64,000 nucleotides of DNA from the human T2T-CHM13v2.0 reference genome, Homo sapiens: the NCBI RefSeq assembly GCF_009914755.1, contig NC_060939.1; one strand, 5' to 3'. The notes below the pieces were generated by a model. It saw only the letters and a list, made by a program, of their open reading frames with translations. It searched no databases and had not been told where the DNA came from. A program made the position numbers and the translations under genes. Of this stretch, positions 26,591 to 40,184 are shown one piece after another (the first letter of the stretch is position 1; every line of letters begins with the position of its first letter).

Positions 26591-27329
26591 AATATCCCAT
26601 TCTCTCTTTCTTTCCCTCTCCGTCCCTTTCCCTCTGCCTTCTTTTTCCATCCTTCTTTCTATCACCTTTATTTGTTATAGGTAATTCTCCTTGCTCCTTA
26701 CCTAACTATAATTCCTTTCAGGGAAATGTCAGGCTATGCAAAAATCCAGTTCTAAAATTCTAACAGGAATACAAATTCAAACTATTCCCATATGAGTGAA
26801 AAACTTCCATATGATTTAAAAATCATGTTGTCAATACCTAATGCTGACTTTTATTCTCCAATCAAACAGCTATGGCTGAAAAAAAAAAAAAAAGAAAAGA
26901 CAAATCTTTTGAAGCCCCACTGGGGTAACTATTCCATGATCTAATGTAGTATCTATGAGGTGGAAAGGAAACATTGCTGTAAATATTCAAAATAAATTTC
27001 TTAAACCACCCTCCCCCCGTTTTGTATACGTAATCCAAATTTCCATTTGGTCAGGCATAGCATAAAGGTATGTCCTTCCTTTGTTGTTTTCTTCATGTCT
27101 TTTACAGTTTGGTAACTTATTAAATGTTCCATTAGGTACTTGACCAAGCTAAACTTTTCATGTATCCTAATACATAACAATAATTGCCTATAAATCACGT
27201 TTTTACTCTTAAATTTCCTTTGGTACATGCAGATTAATGAGATTAATGTCTACTGAATTTAGTATTTTTGATTTAACTAGTTTGGAAAAACTCATAGTGA
27301 ACATATGTTTTGTGTTTACATGCTTCTAT

Positions 27330-28170
27330 TACTTAATATTTCAGAATATAAAATAATAGATGTAACATATATACACATGTATGTCACGTGTGGACGTTAC
27401 GACGCACAGTTTTAAAATACCTGAAAACACCAGTACCATTACCCAGCAACTTGAACTACCCCTGAGGTAGTATTTTTAATTTCATATTTGAATTTAATTA
27501 AAAATGCATAGTATTTTTAATTTCATATTTTAAATAATTAAAAATGCATAGTATTTTTAATTTCATATTTATGCTCCTCTTGTTTTTGTTATTCAACAAA
27601 ACAATGTTATTTCATTTTTCTTATTTCGAGTTTTCTACACATTGTACCATACTGTAGTTAGTCTTTTGAAACTTGATTTGTCACTTAACACTATATTTCT
27701 AAGCTTAATTGATATTAGTTCACGCTGCTGCTGTTTGTTTTCACTGGATAAGGTACTGCAGCATATGATTACTTTAAAATGTATTTATTTGTCTTCCTGC
27801 TGATGGACATTTAAGTTGCTTATAATTTTACTGCTACTAGGGATAAGTTGGTTATGATCGTCCTTGCATACAGCTCCTGCACACCATGTGCACACCATAC
27901 ACAAAGTTTCTAGGATATATTTAGGAGTAGAATTGCTAGATCATGGCATACATGAATGTTCAACCTTCATGATAATAGCAAATTATTTTCCAAAGTAGTT
28001 ATAACAGATCATGCTTTAACCAGTATATCAGAGAGATCATTGTTCTAGCCTCTCCAAATCTGTATTATCTGACTTTTAAATTTTTCCCACCTAGTTGGTA
28101 TACTATATCTCATATGCTTTTTAATTTCCTTATTAATGAAGTAGAGTATGTTTTCATATGTTTACTCACT
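27330..28170 (-). mobile_element. L1ME-type 3' region
   Basis: ctgctgatggacatttaagttgctt...aggatatatttaggagtagaattgctagatcatgg...ttttccaaagtagtt. Confidence 0.8.
27468..27570. repeat. Tandem repeat, about 2.5 copies of a 40-41 bp unit
   Basis: tagtatttttaatttcatattt at 27468, 27509 and 27549. Confidence 0.95.
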
Positions 28171-28229
28171 ATTTATTTTTCATCTTCTCTGAAAGTCCTG
28201 ATTCTCATCTTTTGCAAAAGACAAGTGGA

Positions 28230-28738
28230 GTTCACTTCCACCCAACAAGCCTACTTTTAGAGTTCCCCTCCTCTCACCCCTGGGCCTCAGCTAAATGGAC
28301 AACTCCAGGATCCTGTCCTTACTGCATCCTGTACTGCAGGAGTCAGCATAGTAAGCAGATCACCCAATCAAGGAAGCCCATCTCACATGTGATAGATGTC
28401 ACTCCCAGCAGCCATCCAAACAGGGCTGTCCCAAGTAAATCTCCCTGGAACTGATGTGTGGACACTGGGGGAAAGAAGCTCTATTTCTGTTAAGTTTCAG
28501 GGCAATGTCAACATCCCTTCTTCCTGTGGAGGAAACTTAAGCCCAAAGGAAAGGATCTGGCCCACAAAAAGAGGGAAGCAGACTGAGAGTGAGAGAGAGC
28601 CTTGACAACATTATTTGAGCCCCTGGATCTCGCTATACCTGAAGACAGACCTGACTTCCCAGTAAGATGAGACAACAAGCTCTCTTTTTTGCTTAAGTTA
28701 TTTTGAGTTGGATTCCTATCACTCATAACTAAAATAAA
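28230..28738 (+). mobile_element. MLT1 (J/K-like) MaLR LTR
   Basis: gacaacattatttgagcccctggatc...cctgaagacagacc...tttgcttaagttattttgagttggattcctatcactcataac. Confidence 0.8.
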
Positions 28739-28844
28739 GCAAAACTGTTTGAGGACAAAAAATGAAACTGTAAAAAAAATTAAATGTTAAAAACTTTTCA
28801 TTACTTTGAGCCAAGAAGAACTAGGAAAACATTGGCATAAAGGT

Positions 28845-29060
28845 TGTAATAACAGCTGACATTTCTATGGTATTTATAGTCTACAAAGCACTCTAACATT
28901 AACTAAGTTCTTTCTTCTCGTAATTCTGGGAGATGAATGGGGTAAGTATATTATCATTACCCACATTTCACAAACGCATTTCAAGATTTGAGTCTTGAAT
29001 ACGGGATTTCTGTCCTAAGCTTTTTGTTTTTGTTTTTGTTTTTTGGCTATCTGGACTGTT
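28845..29060 (-). mobile_element. MIR
   Basis: taataacagctgacatttctatggtatttatagtctacaaagcact...cccacatttcacaaa. Confidence 0.65.
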
Positions 29061-30504
29061 CTTTAATTATTATCATTCCCAGTACTCTCAGAACTGTTTA
29101 GATAAAGAATAACAAATTTACTTTACAGTTACAGAGAACAGAGAATGTTGAGGGAAGTTGAAGTAGATGAGCAAACATACATTGATCATGCATGGTGTCC
29201 CATAGTCAGCAAATGTCTGATGTAAGTATTCCTCAATTTAACTTTTTTTTTCTCCAAGTCCACCTACGTAGAAAACTTTTTTAAAAAAGTAAAACATTTG
29301 GCTCCCCAGCTTGAGAAAAAAGTGCTTCAAGATGTTCTTAGATTTGCTTTGGAAGACCAAATTACAAGATTATTCCAGAATCATTATTATCAACCAGAGT
29401 ATGGACTTCCCATGGTAGAAACATGTTTTATATGCATGATAACTACTTAATAACTGAACCTTTGATTACCAACACTAGGCTTAGTGGTGAGAAGAGACAG
29501 CATAGAACCTGCAGCAAACAGGCAATGCTCCCAGAAGCTAATATATGGCAGCCTGATTTTGAAGGAGAGAAAGCCTTACTAAATTTCAGCATTGCATGGA
29601 CCTGTACACCCTTGGAGCTAAAAAATATAACTGATAATCACTTTAGGGGAACAGAATATGAGTCACAGCTTATAGCAATTCTGAGAAATCTTAATCAAAG
29701 AAGCAAATTCTAAAGCAAAGGCAAAGGACATGAACAAACTAGACACAAAGAAGAGAAATACCTGAGTAATAAAGAAGAGGACCTGAACTGGATGGGACAA
29801 AGAGAGTTTCCTTAGTCACACATGACCAAGAATTCCAGTAATGTCTTCATGAAGAAGGATTACCCATAATATATGCATGTGAATGCATATGTCTTTGTTA
29901 GATTTAACTCTGTAGTAAACTTTGCATTTGTTTTCACTTTTTAACCCTTTTGTTGACTCTTTTAGATCCATGCTAAATATTCCTTTCAGATTTTTCTGTA
30001 ATTAGATCTCTGGTCCTGGTGAATTTCAAGGAGACACTGCAGTCAGGATTCTGGTGACCAGATGGGTAGGACAGATAAGCTGCATGAATTTCCATCTGAC
30101 GTTTTGCCCAAGCCTGCTCCCTTTTAGTGGGTCATGTGCCATGAGATCATATACAAATTCCTAACAAAGCAATGTGTCCTCAAAGGCAAGCTAGCACATA
30201 GAAATAAAAGATTACCCAACCACTTACCAGTGAAAGGTTTGGGCACCCCAAAGGGGATTGGACTAGAGTTGAGTTAAAAAGCTCAGAACTCACTGGAGCC
30301 ATTTGTGCTCGTTCCAGCAAGTCTCCTGTGGATGTATATACTGTTCTGTAGCAGTGATGAGTGTCCAACATTTGTTTCTCTATTATTTTTATATGCATCA
30401 TTATCCAACAGTATGGACATAGAATTAAAAATTCCAAAGAGTTCATGTATACCAAGTTTTATGTTGAAGGTATTCAAAAGTGTGAAAGAAACTTCAAGTT
30501 GACT

Positions 30505-30965
30505 TCCAATGATGCATTTTCTCTGTCCTCTTTATCCACACAGCTCCACAGGGTTAACTCAGTAAAAGACTACATTTCCCAGCCTCTCCTGCAGAGAGGT
30601 GTGGTCATGTGACCAACATCTGCCAACTGAGTAGTAAGTGGAAGTGTTGTGTGATTCTTCCAGGGAGTTTCACTTAAAAGGAGAGGTTTGAGTTTCTTTC
30701 CTCCTACTGCTGTAATGTGGCATTAATATGATGTGATTAGATGGTAACGTGATATTACATGATGTAATGTGATGTGATAAGTGAAAATCCAGCTTCCATC
30801 TTAGAATAGGAGGATGAGGGCTCCAATCCTGGGAATGTAGAATAAAGAGCTGGAAGTCACTGGGATGCCTGAAAACCCGAGTGGTTACACACCATCCCTG
30901 GACTGCCCATTTCTGAACTTCATTACATGAGATAAACTTCTAACTTTCTCTTATTTTCTATTACA
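30505..30965 (+). mobile_element. LTR16-like ERVL LTR
   Basis: aaagactacatttcccagcctctcctgcag...gtggtcatgtgacc...accatccctggactgccc...acatgagataaacttct. Confidence 0.75.
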
Positions 30966-31013
30966 TTAGAAGTTATAAATAAGCTTCTAACTTTCTTCTA
31001 TTTTCTATTAAAT

Positions 31014-31083
31014 GGCAGAGGCAGAGGTTGCAGTGATCTGAGATCGCACCACTGCCCTCCAGCCTGGGCAACAGAGTGAGACT
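31014..31083 (+). mobile_element. Tail-less Alu right-arm fragment
   Basis: gaggcagaggttgcagtgatctgagatcgcaccactgccctccagcctgggcaacagagtgagact, joined directly to L1. Confidence 0.9.
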
Positions 31084-32692
31084 AAAACCATAAAACTCTT
31101 AGAAGAGAGCATAGGGGAAAAGCTTCATGACATTGGACTTAGTGATGACTTGATGGGTATGACACCAAAAGCACAGACAATAAAAGAAAAACAGATAGAT
31201 GGAACTTTATCGAAGTTTAAAACTTTTCTGCTTCAAACACTATCGGCAGAATGAAAAGGCTACCCACAAAATGGAAGAAAATATTTGCAAATCACATATG
31301 GGATAAGGAATTAATATCCATATTATTTAAAGAATTCTTACAATTCAAAAAAACCCCTTAACAGCCTGATGCTAAAATGAGAAAAGGAGAATTGTCTCCT
31401 GAGAAAATATACACATGGTCAATAAACACAGGACAAGATATTCAATATCAGTAATCAACAGGGAAATGCAAATCAAAACCACAATGGGATAACATGTCAC
31501 ACCCATTAGAATGGCTATTATCAAAAAACAGAAAATAAGTTTGTGGAGAGTATCTTAGTCCATTTTCTGTTGCTATAAATGAATACATGAAATTAGGTAA
31601 TTTACTTTTTAAAAATATATATATGTATGTATATATATATATTTCTTACAGTTCTGGAACTGAGAAGTTCAAGGTCAAGCAGTTGCATCTTATGAGGACC
31701 TTCTTGCTGGTGGGACTCTGGAGAGTTTCAAGGTGCCACAGGGCATCACATGATGAGGGGACAGAGTGTACTAGCTCAGGTCTTTCTCCCTCTTCTTTTA
31801 AGGCCACCAGTCCCACTTCTTGATAACCCATTAATCCATTAATCCGTTAGTCCACGGGTGAATTAATTCATTCCTGAGGGCAGAGCCCTCATGACCCAAT
31901 CACCTCTTGAAGTCCCCATCTCTCAATACTGCTACATTGGTTCAACATGAGTTTCAGAAGGGACAAACATTGAAACCATAGCAGAAAGGATGGAGAGAAA
32001 GTAGAGTCATGTTATATCACTGGTAATAATGTAAAATAGTAGAGCCACTGTCAAAAACAGTACAGCAATTCTTCAAAAAATAGGTAAAATTATTTTATGA
32101 TCCAGCAATTCCACTTCCAGACATATACCCAAAAGTAAAGATATTGTAAAAGTGAGGGCATTGAAAAAAAAGTAAGAAAAATAAGAATTCCAACAGATAT
32201 TTGTATATTCATGTTTATAGCACCATTATTGACAATAGCCAAATGTAAAAACAACACAAATGTCCACCAACAGATGAATTACTAAACAAAAATGTGGTAT
32301 ATACTACAATGGAAGAATGAATTCTGACACAAGCTTACAACATAAATGAACCTTGATGACATTATTTTAAGTAAAATAAGTCAGTCATAAAAGGGCAAAT
32401 ACTACAGATTTCACCTATATGATGTACCTGGAGTAGTCAAATTCATAGAAACAGAAAGTAGAATGGTGGATGGCATCCGGGTCAGGGGCGGGCGGGGTCA
32501 GAGGGCGGAATAAGGACTTAGTGTTAAACATGTACTGAGTTTCAGTTGGGGAAGAAGAAAAAGTTCCAGAGACGGGTGGTGGTGATGGTTGCACAGTAAT
32601 GTGAAGGTACTTAATGTCACAGAACTGTACACTTAAAAATGGTTAAAATGGTAAATTTTATGTCTATGTATATTTTACCTCAATAAAAAAAA
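31084..32692 (+). mobile_element. L1MB-type 3' fragment, split by an MST LTR
   Basis: ORF2 3' sequence; 3' end aactgtacacttaaaaatggttaaaatggtaaattttatg...caataaaaaa. Confidence 0.9.
31551..31983 (-). mobile_element. MSTB-type MaLR solo LTR
   Basis: tatcttagtccattttctgttgctataa...gggcagagccctcatgacccaatcacctc...aaaccatagca; 5 bp TSD gagag / gaaag. Confidence 0.9.
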
Positions 32693-32707
32693 TCAAACTG
32701 TATTAAG

Positions 32708-32780
32708 CTTAAAAATTAGCACCCAAAGTTCCCTACATCCTAATCCCTGGAACTTGTTAATATGTTATATAATCACAAAG
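32708..32780 (+). mobile_element. MLT1 5' stub
   Basis: cccaaagttccctacatcctaatccctggaacttgttaatatgtta. Confidence 0.6.
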
Positions 32781-33524
32781 TCTCCTTTTTAAACTTTTAT
32801 TTTAGGCTCAGAGGATACACGTGCAGGTTCATTACATAGGTAAATCATGTATCACCGGGGTTTGGTGTACAAATGATTTAATCACCCAGATAGTAGAATA
32901 GTACCTGATAGGTAGTTTTTATACCCTATCTGTCTCCCACTCTCCACCCTCAAGTAAGCCTCAGTGTCTCTTGTTCCTCTCTTTGTATCCATGTGTACTT
33001 AAAGTTTAGCCCAGTATGAGTGAGCATGCCCACTTGGTTTTCTGTTCCTGCATTAATTCACTTAGCATAACGGCCTCCAGTTGCAACCCTGTTGTTGCAA
33101 AGGACATGGTTTTCTTCTTTTTATGGCTGCATGTTATTCCATGGTGTATATGTACCACAGTTTAGTTATTCAGTCCACCATTGATAGGCATTTAGGTTGA
33201 TTCTTCGTCTTTGCTATTGTGAATAGTGCCGCGATGAACATAAGAGTACATGTGTCTTTTTGGTAGAATGACATATTTCTTTGGGTATATATAAGCAGTA
33301 ATGGGATCGCTGGGTCAAATGGTGGTTGTCTTTTAAGCTCTTTGAGAAATCTCCAACCTGCTTCCCACAGTGGCTGAACTAATTGTAATGTTGTACATTC
33401 CCAACAGCAGTGTACAAGCATTCCCTTCACTCTGCAATGCCACTAACATCTTTTATTTTCTGACTTCTTAATAATAGTCGTTCTTACTAGTGTAAGATGG
33501 TATCTCATTGTGGCTTTGATTTGA

Positions 33525-33921
<397 letters not shown>

Positions 33922-36617
33922 TCTCTTTGCCTATTTTTTAACAGGGCTGTTTGCTTTTTGCTTGTTGATTTAAGTTTCTTATAGATTCTGAATATTGGAC
34001 CCTTGTTGTATGCATAGTTTGCAAATATTTTCTCCCATTCTGTGGGTTGTCTATTTGCTCTGCTGTAGTTTCTTCCGCTTTCAGAAGCTCTTTAGTTTAA
34101 TTAGGTCCCTCTTGTCTATATTTGTTTTATTGCGATTGCATATGGAGATGTCAACATGAAATCTTTACCAAGACCTGTGTCCAAAATGATATTTCCTATG
34201 TTTCCTTCTAGGGTTTTTATAGTTTTAGGTCTCACATTTAAGTCTTTAAGTTGATTTTTATATATGGTGCAAGGAAGGGGTCCAGTTTCAATCTTCTGCA
34301 TATGGCTGGCCAGTTATCCTAGCACCATTTATTGAACAGGGAGTCCTTTCCCCATTGCTTGTTACTGTCAACTTTGTCAAAGATCAGATGGTTACAGTTA
34401 TGCAGTTTTATTTCTGGGTACTCTGGCCTGTTCCATTGATCTACGTGTCTGTTTTTGTACCAGTACCATTCTGTTTTGTTTACTGTAGTGTATTATCGTT
34501 TGAAGTGAGGTAGTGTGATGTCTCTGACTTCCTTCTTTTTGCTTAGGATTGCTTTGGCTATTTGGGCTTTTATTTTTGGTTTCATCTTCATTTTCAAATA
34601 GTTTATTTTTTCTAATTCTGTGGAAAAAAATGATGCTGATAGTTTGACAGAAATAGCATTGAATCTGTAAATTGCTTTGGGTAGTATGGCCATTTTAACA
34701 ATACTGATTCTTCCAATCAATGACAACGGAATGCTTTTCCATTTGTTTGTGTCATCTCTGATTTGTTTTAGCAGTGTTTTGTAATTCTCATTGTAGGGAT
34801 CTTTCACCTCCCTGGCTAGCTGTATTCCTAAGTATTTCATTCTTTTTATGGCTATTATGAATGGGATTGCATTCTTGATTTAGCTCTCAACTTGGACAGT
34901 ATTGATGCATAGAAATGCTACGGATTTTGGTACATTGAGTTTGTATCCTAAAACTTCACTGAAGTTGTTTATCAGTTCTAGGAGCCTTTGGGTAGGAACT
35001 ACAGGGTTTTCTAGGTATAGAACCATATCATCTGCAAAGAGAGAAAATTCGAATTCCTCACTTCCTATCTGGAAGCCTTTTATTTATTTCTCCTGCCTGA
35101 TTGTTCTGGCTAGGACTTCCAGTACTATGTTGAATAGGAGTGGTGACAGTAGGTATCCTTGTTGTGTCCCAGTTCTCAGGGGGAATGCTTCCAGCTTTTG
35201 CCCATTCATTATGATGTTGGCTGTAAGTCTGTCATAGATGGATCTTATTTTGAGGTATATCCCTTTGATGCCTAGTTTGTAGAGGGTTTTCAACATGAAG
35301 AGATGTTGAATTTTATCAAAAGATTTTTCTGCATAAATTGAGATGATCATGTGGTTTAAGTTCTGTTTATGTAATGAATCACATGTATATATTTGTGTAT
35401 ATTGAACCAACCTTGCATCCCAGGAATAAAGCCTACTTGATTATGATGGATTCACTTTTTGATGTGCTGCTACATTTGATTTCTAATATTTTGTTGAGGA
35501 TTTTTTCATCTATGTTCATCAGCGATATCAGCCTGATGTTTTCCTTTGTTGTTGTACCTCTGCCAGGTTTTGGTATCAGAATAATGCTGGCCTCATAGAA
35601 TGAGTTAGGGAGGAGTTCATCCTCCTCAATTTTTTGAGATGATTTTAGTAGGATTGGTACCAGCTCTTCTTTACATGTCTGGTAGGATTCAGCTGTGAAT
35701 CTGTCTTGTTTAGAGTTTTTTCTGGTTGGTAGGTTCTTAATTACTAATTCAGTTTCAGAACTTGTCATTGGTCTGTTCAGGATTTCAATTTCTTCCTGAT
35801 TCAATCTTGATAGATTGCATGTTTCCAGGAATTTATCCATTTCTTCTAGGTTTTCTAGTTTGTGTGCATAGAGGTGTTTGTAATGCTCTCAGAGCTTCTT
35901 TGTATTTCTGTGGGGTCAGTGGTAATGTTACCTTTGTCATTTCTGATTGTGTTTATTGGGATCTTTTCTCTTGTTTTCTTTATTAATCTAGCTAGTGGTC
36001 TAGCAATGTTATTTATTCTTTCCAAGAACCAATTTTTGGTCCATCAATCTTTTGAATGAATTTTTGCATCTCAATTTCTTTCAGTTCAGCTCTGAGTTTG
36101 GTCATTTTTCTTCTGCTGCTAGCTTTGCAGTTGGTTTGCTCTTGTTTTTCTAGTTCCTCTAGGTGTGATGTTAGGTTGTTAATTTGACATCTTTCTGACT
36201 TTTTGAGATAGGCATTTAGCACTATAAACTTTCTTCTTAACACCTCATTAGCTATGTCCCAGAGATTCTGGTGTGTTGTATCTTTATTTTCATTAGTTTC
36301 AATATTTTCTTTTATTTCCGCCTTAATTTCATTCTTTACCAAAAGTCATTCATGAGCAAGTTGTTTAATTTCTATGTAATTATATGGTTTTGAGTGATAT
36401 TCTTGGCATTGATTTCTACTTTTATTACCCTATGGTCTGGGAGGTGTGGTTGGTATGATTTCCGATATTTTTAATTTTTTAAGAGTTTTTTTATGACTGA
36501 GAGTATGAATGATCAATCTTGGAGTATATGCTGTGTACAGATAAGAGGAGTGTACATTCTGTTGTCATTGGGTAGAATATTCTGTAGATGTCTATCTGGT
36601 CCATTTGGTCAAGTGTA

Positions 36618-36780
36618 TCTGTACAGATACATACATATCTATGTATGTATATATTTATATATGTATATATTTATGTATACATACATAAATATGTATATAT
36701 TTATGTATGTATACATATATACATATTTATGTATGTATACATATATACATATTTATGTATGTATATGTATATATACACAT
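36618..36780. repeat. Degenerate (TATG/TACA/TA)n microsatellite
   Basis: About 165 bp of atatgtatatatttatgtatacatac-type units inside L1 ORF2. Confidence 0.95.
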
Positions 36781-37199
36781 CTCATGCAATACCCTTCTTT
36801 GTCCTTTTTGATCATTGCTGGTTTAAAGTCAGTTTTGTCTGAAATAACAATAGCAACTCCAGCCCTTTTTTGTTTTCTGTTTGCTTGCTATATCTTTTTC
36901 CATCCCTTTACCTTGAGCCTGTGAGTGTCCTTGCATGTGAGATGGGTCTTTTGAAGACAGCACACAGTTGGGTTTTGCTTCTTTATCCAACTTTCGATTT
37001 TCTGTCTTTTAAGTGGGACATTCAGCCCATTTACATTCAAGGTTAATATGCATATGTCAGGATTTGACTCTGTCATCATGTTGTTATTAATAGCTCATTG
37101 TTATGTACACTTGATTATGGGGTTGCTTTAGAGTTTCAGTGGGATATGTACATGTGTGTGTTTTTGGAGAGGCAGGTAATGGTCTTTTGTTTGCATATT

Positions 37200-38155
37200 T
37201 AGCATTTCCTTAAGGACCTCTTGTAAGGCATGTCTGGTGGTAATGAACTCCCTCAGCATTTGCTTATCTGAAAAAAAGATTTTATTTCTCCTTTCTTTAT
37301 GAAGCTTTGTTTGGCTGGATATAAAATCCTTAGTTGAAATTTCTTTTTTTAAAAAAATGTTGAAGATGGGCCCCCACTCTCTTCTGGCTTGTAAAGTTTC
37401 TGCTGAAAGTTTCAATATTAGCCTGATGGGGTTCCCTTTGTATGTGACCTACCCCTTCTCTCTAGCTGCCTTTAAGAATTTTTTTTTCACATTGACTTTG
37501 GAGAATCTGATGACTATGTGTCTTGGCAATGGTTGTCTTGTATAGCATCTTACAGGGGTTCTTCAAATTTCCTGAATTTGTATGTCAATCTCTCTAGCAA
37601 AGCTGGGGAAATATTCGTCCACAATATCCTCAAATATGTTTTCCAGGTTGTTTGCTCTCTCTCCATCTCTTTCAGGAATACCAACGTGCCATAGGTTTGG
37701 TCTCTTTACATAATCCCATATTTCTCAGAGGTTTTGTTCATTTTTGTATTCTTTTTCCTTTATTTTTGTCTGCCTGCATTGATGTGAAGGAACAGTCTTT
37801 GAGCTCTGATATTCTTTCCTCAGCTTTGTCTCTGCTGTTATTAATGCTTCCCATTGTATTCTGAAATTCCTGAAGTGAATTTTTCATTTCCAGAAGTTTG
37901 GTTTGGTTCTTTCTTAAAATGGCTACATTGTCTTTCAGCTCTTGGACCATTTTGCTGTGTTCCTTGGATTGGGTTTCAACCTTTTCCTGTATCTTAATGA
38001 GTTATTTGCCATTCAGATTCTGAATTCCATACCTGTCATTTCAGTCATTTAAGTCTGGTTAAGAACCATTGCTGGGAAGCTAGTGCTGTTGTTTGGAGAT
38101 AAGAAGACATTCTGGCTTTTAAAATTGCCAGAGTTCTTGCATTGGTTCTTTCTCA
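37200..38155 (-). pseudogene. L1 ORF1, disrupted
   Basis: MRKNQCKNSGNFKSQ..., LLEMKNSLQEFQN...AEERISELKD, LSAETLQARREWGPIFN. Confidence 0.9.
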
Positions 38156-38879
38156 TCTGTGTTGGCTGATGTCCCTTTAATGTTTGAAGTTGCCATCTTT
38201 GTATAGGGTTTTTTGCTTTCATATTCTTTGATGTCCTTGACACCTCTACTGTGTTATAAGTTGGGTTAACTTGAATGGCTTTGCTTCTGCATGCTTCCAG
38301 GGGGGCAAGGCTAAGCTCAGCACTCCTGGACTGCATGTTCTAACCCTGGGGTACTGGAACTAGGCTCACAGATATGTTCTCTGGCCCCTCAAGGTTAACC
38401 ATCTACTACGCTGGGGGCCTAGGCATTCCCAGTCTGCTGGCAGCAACACTCGGACAGGGGTTGCCAGCAGCGAAAGTGCTCCAGCAGGGTGACTGTGGGT
38501 CCCTGTTGTATGCATGCTGGCAGAAGCACTGGCAGGCGTCCATCTGCAAAAGTGGGTAGGCAGGGTCTTCCAACAGCCACATTTTAAATTAAGCTTTCCC
38601 AGATTACTTCCAGAATTTTTGAACTGATCTTCAGTGTTCTGGTCTTCCCATCTGTTTCCATGTCCTGGCATCTGCCCTACAAATTTCCCAGTACCTACAG
38701 GTCACAGAGGCACAGAGGCTGCCACAGAGCCAGCTGGGGCCTCTAGGAATAGAGGAGACAGACCAATGGAGACAGGACCTGGAACTGAGATGGCAGTTGC
38801 TGGAGAGAAAGGCTCTGCCAGACGCCATTCCCACTTTCTTTTTTGTTTGTTTTGTGTTTTTTTTTGGGGGGGGGGTTGT

Positions 38880-39448
<569 letters not shown>

Positions 39449-40014
39449 TTCCACTTTCCAAATAAAAGAAACTGAGCCCCAAGCTTGCACAAAGAGTAAT
39501 GGACAGAGATAGTATTTAAGATTCAGTTAAGTCAGACCTGAAATTAGTTTTCCTTTGTCCAGACTTCTCTGAACTGAAGGACTCCAAAAAAGATACCACA
39601 TCTACCTAATACAGCCCCTGGCCTGGTGAATATCCATTTGTCTATAAACCCATACTCTAACTATACACAGTTGGATAAGATGGGATGGGGGATGGGAGCT
39701 AATGCCCCCTACCAACATTTCTATCAGGGTGTCACATGGAATTCTCCACAGAGAAACAGAAATGCACTCAATCACTATCTAAGCATCAGAGGTGAAGACA
39801 AGAATGAGAGAGAATTTGGTTATCAAAGAGACTATCTTATGGAACTTATGTGTTTTCATCTCAGCCAACCAGATGGTCCATGAGGTGGCTAAGAAAACCT
39901 TCAAGAAAAAAAGAAAATAATCATGAAGATGAGACAGAGTGTTTGGGGGGATGGGAAGTGATTGGTTGGTTTGCTTTATTTCTTGAGGGTTTTGACTTCC
40001 AAAATACTCATTTA

Positions 40015-40170
40015 ATCAATCCACTTCTCTTCATCTCCATCATCATCACTCTAGTGTAAACCACAATCACCTCTTAGAAGAAACTATAATACTCTATAAA
40101 CCTACTAATTTTTCTTCCTGTATCCTCTGTAGCCAACTCTAACTCCAAAATCCATTCTCTTTTCTGGAGG
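40015..40170 (+). mobile_element. L2 fragment (resumes at about 41815)
   Basis: tccacttctcttcatctccatcatcatcactctagtgtaaaccacaatcacctct. Confidence 0.65.
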
Positions 40171-40184
40171 CAAAAGAGCTCTTC

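Noticed and set aside
36493-36924. Tyr/Ile/Met-rich ORFs
   Set aside because: Translation of a TA-rich microsatellite.
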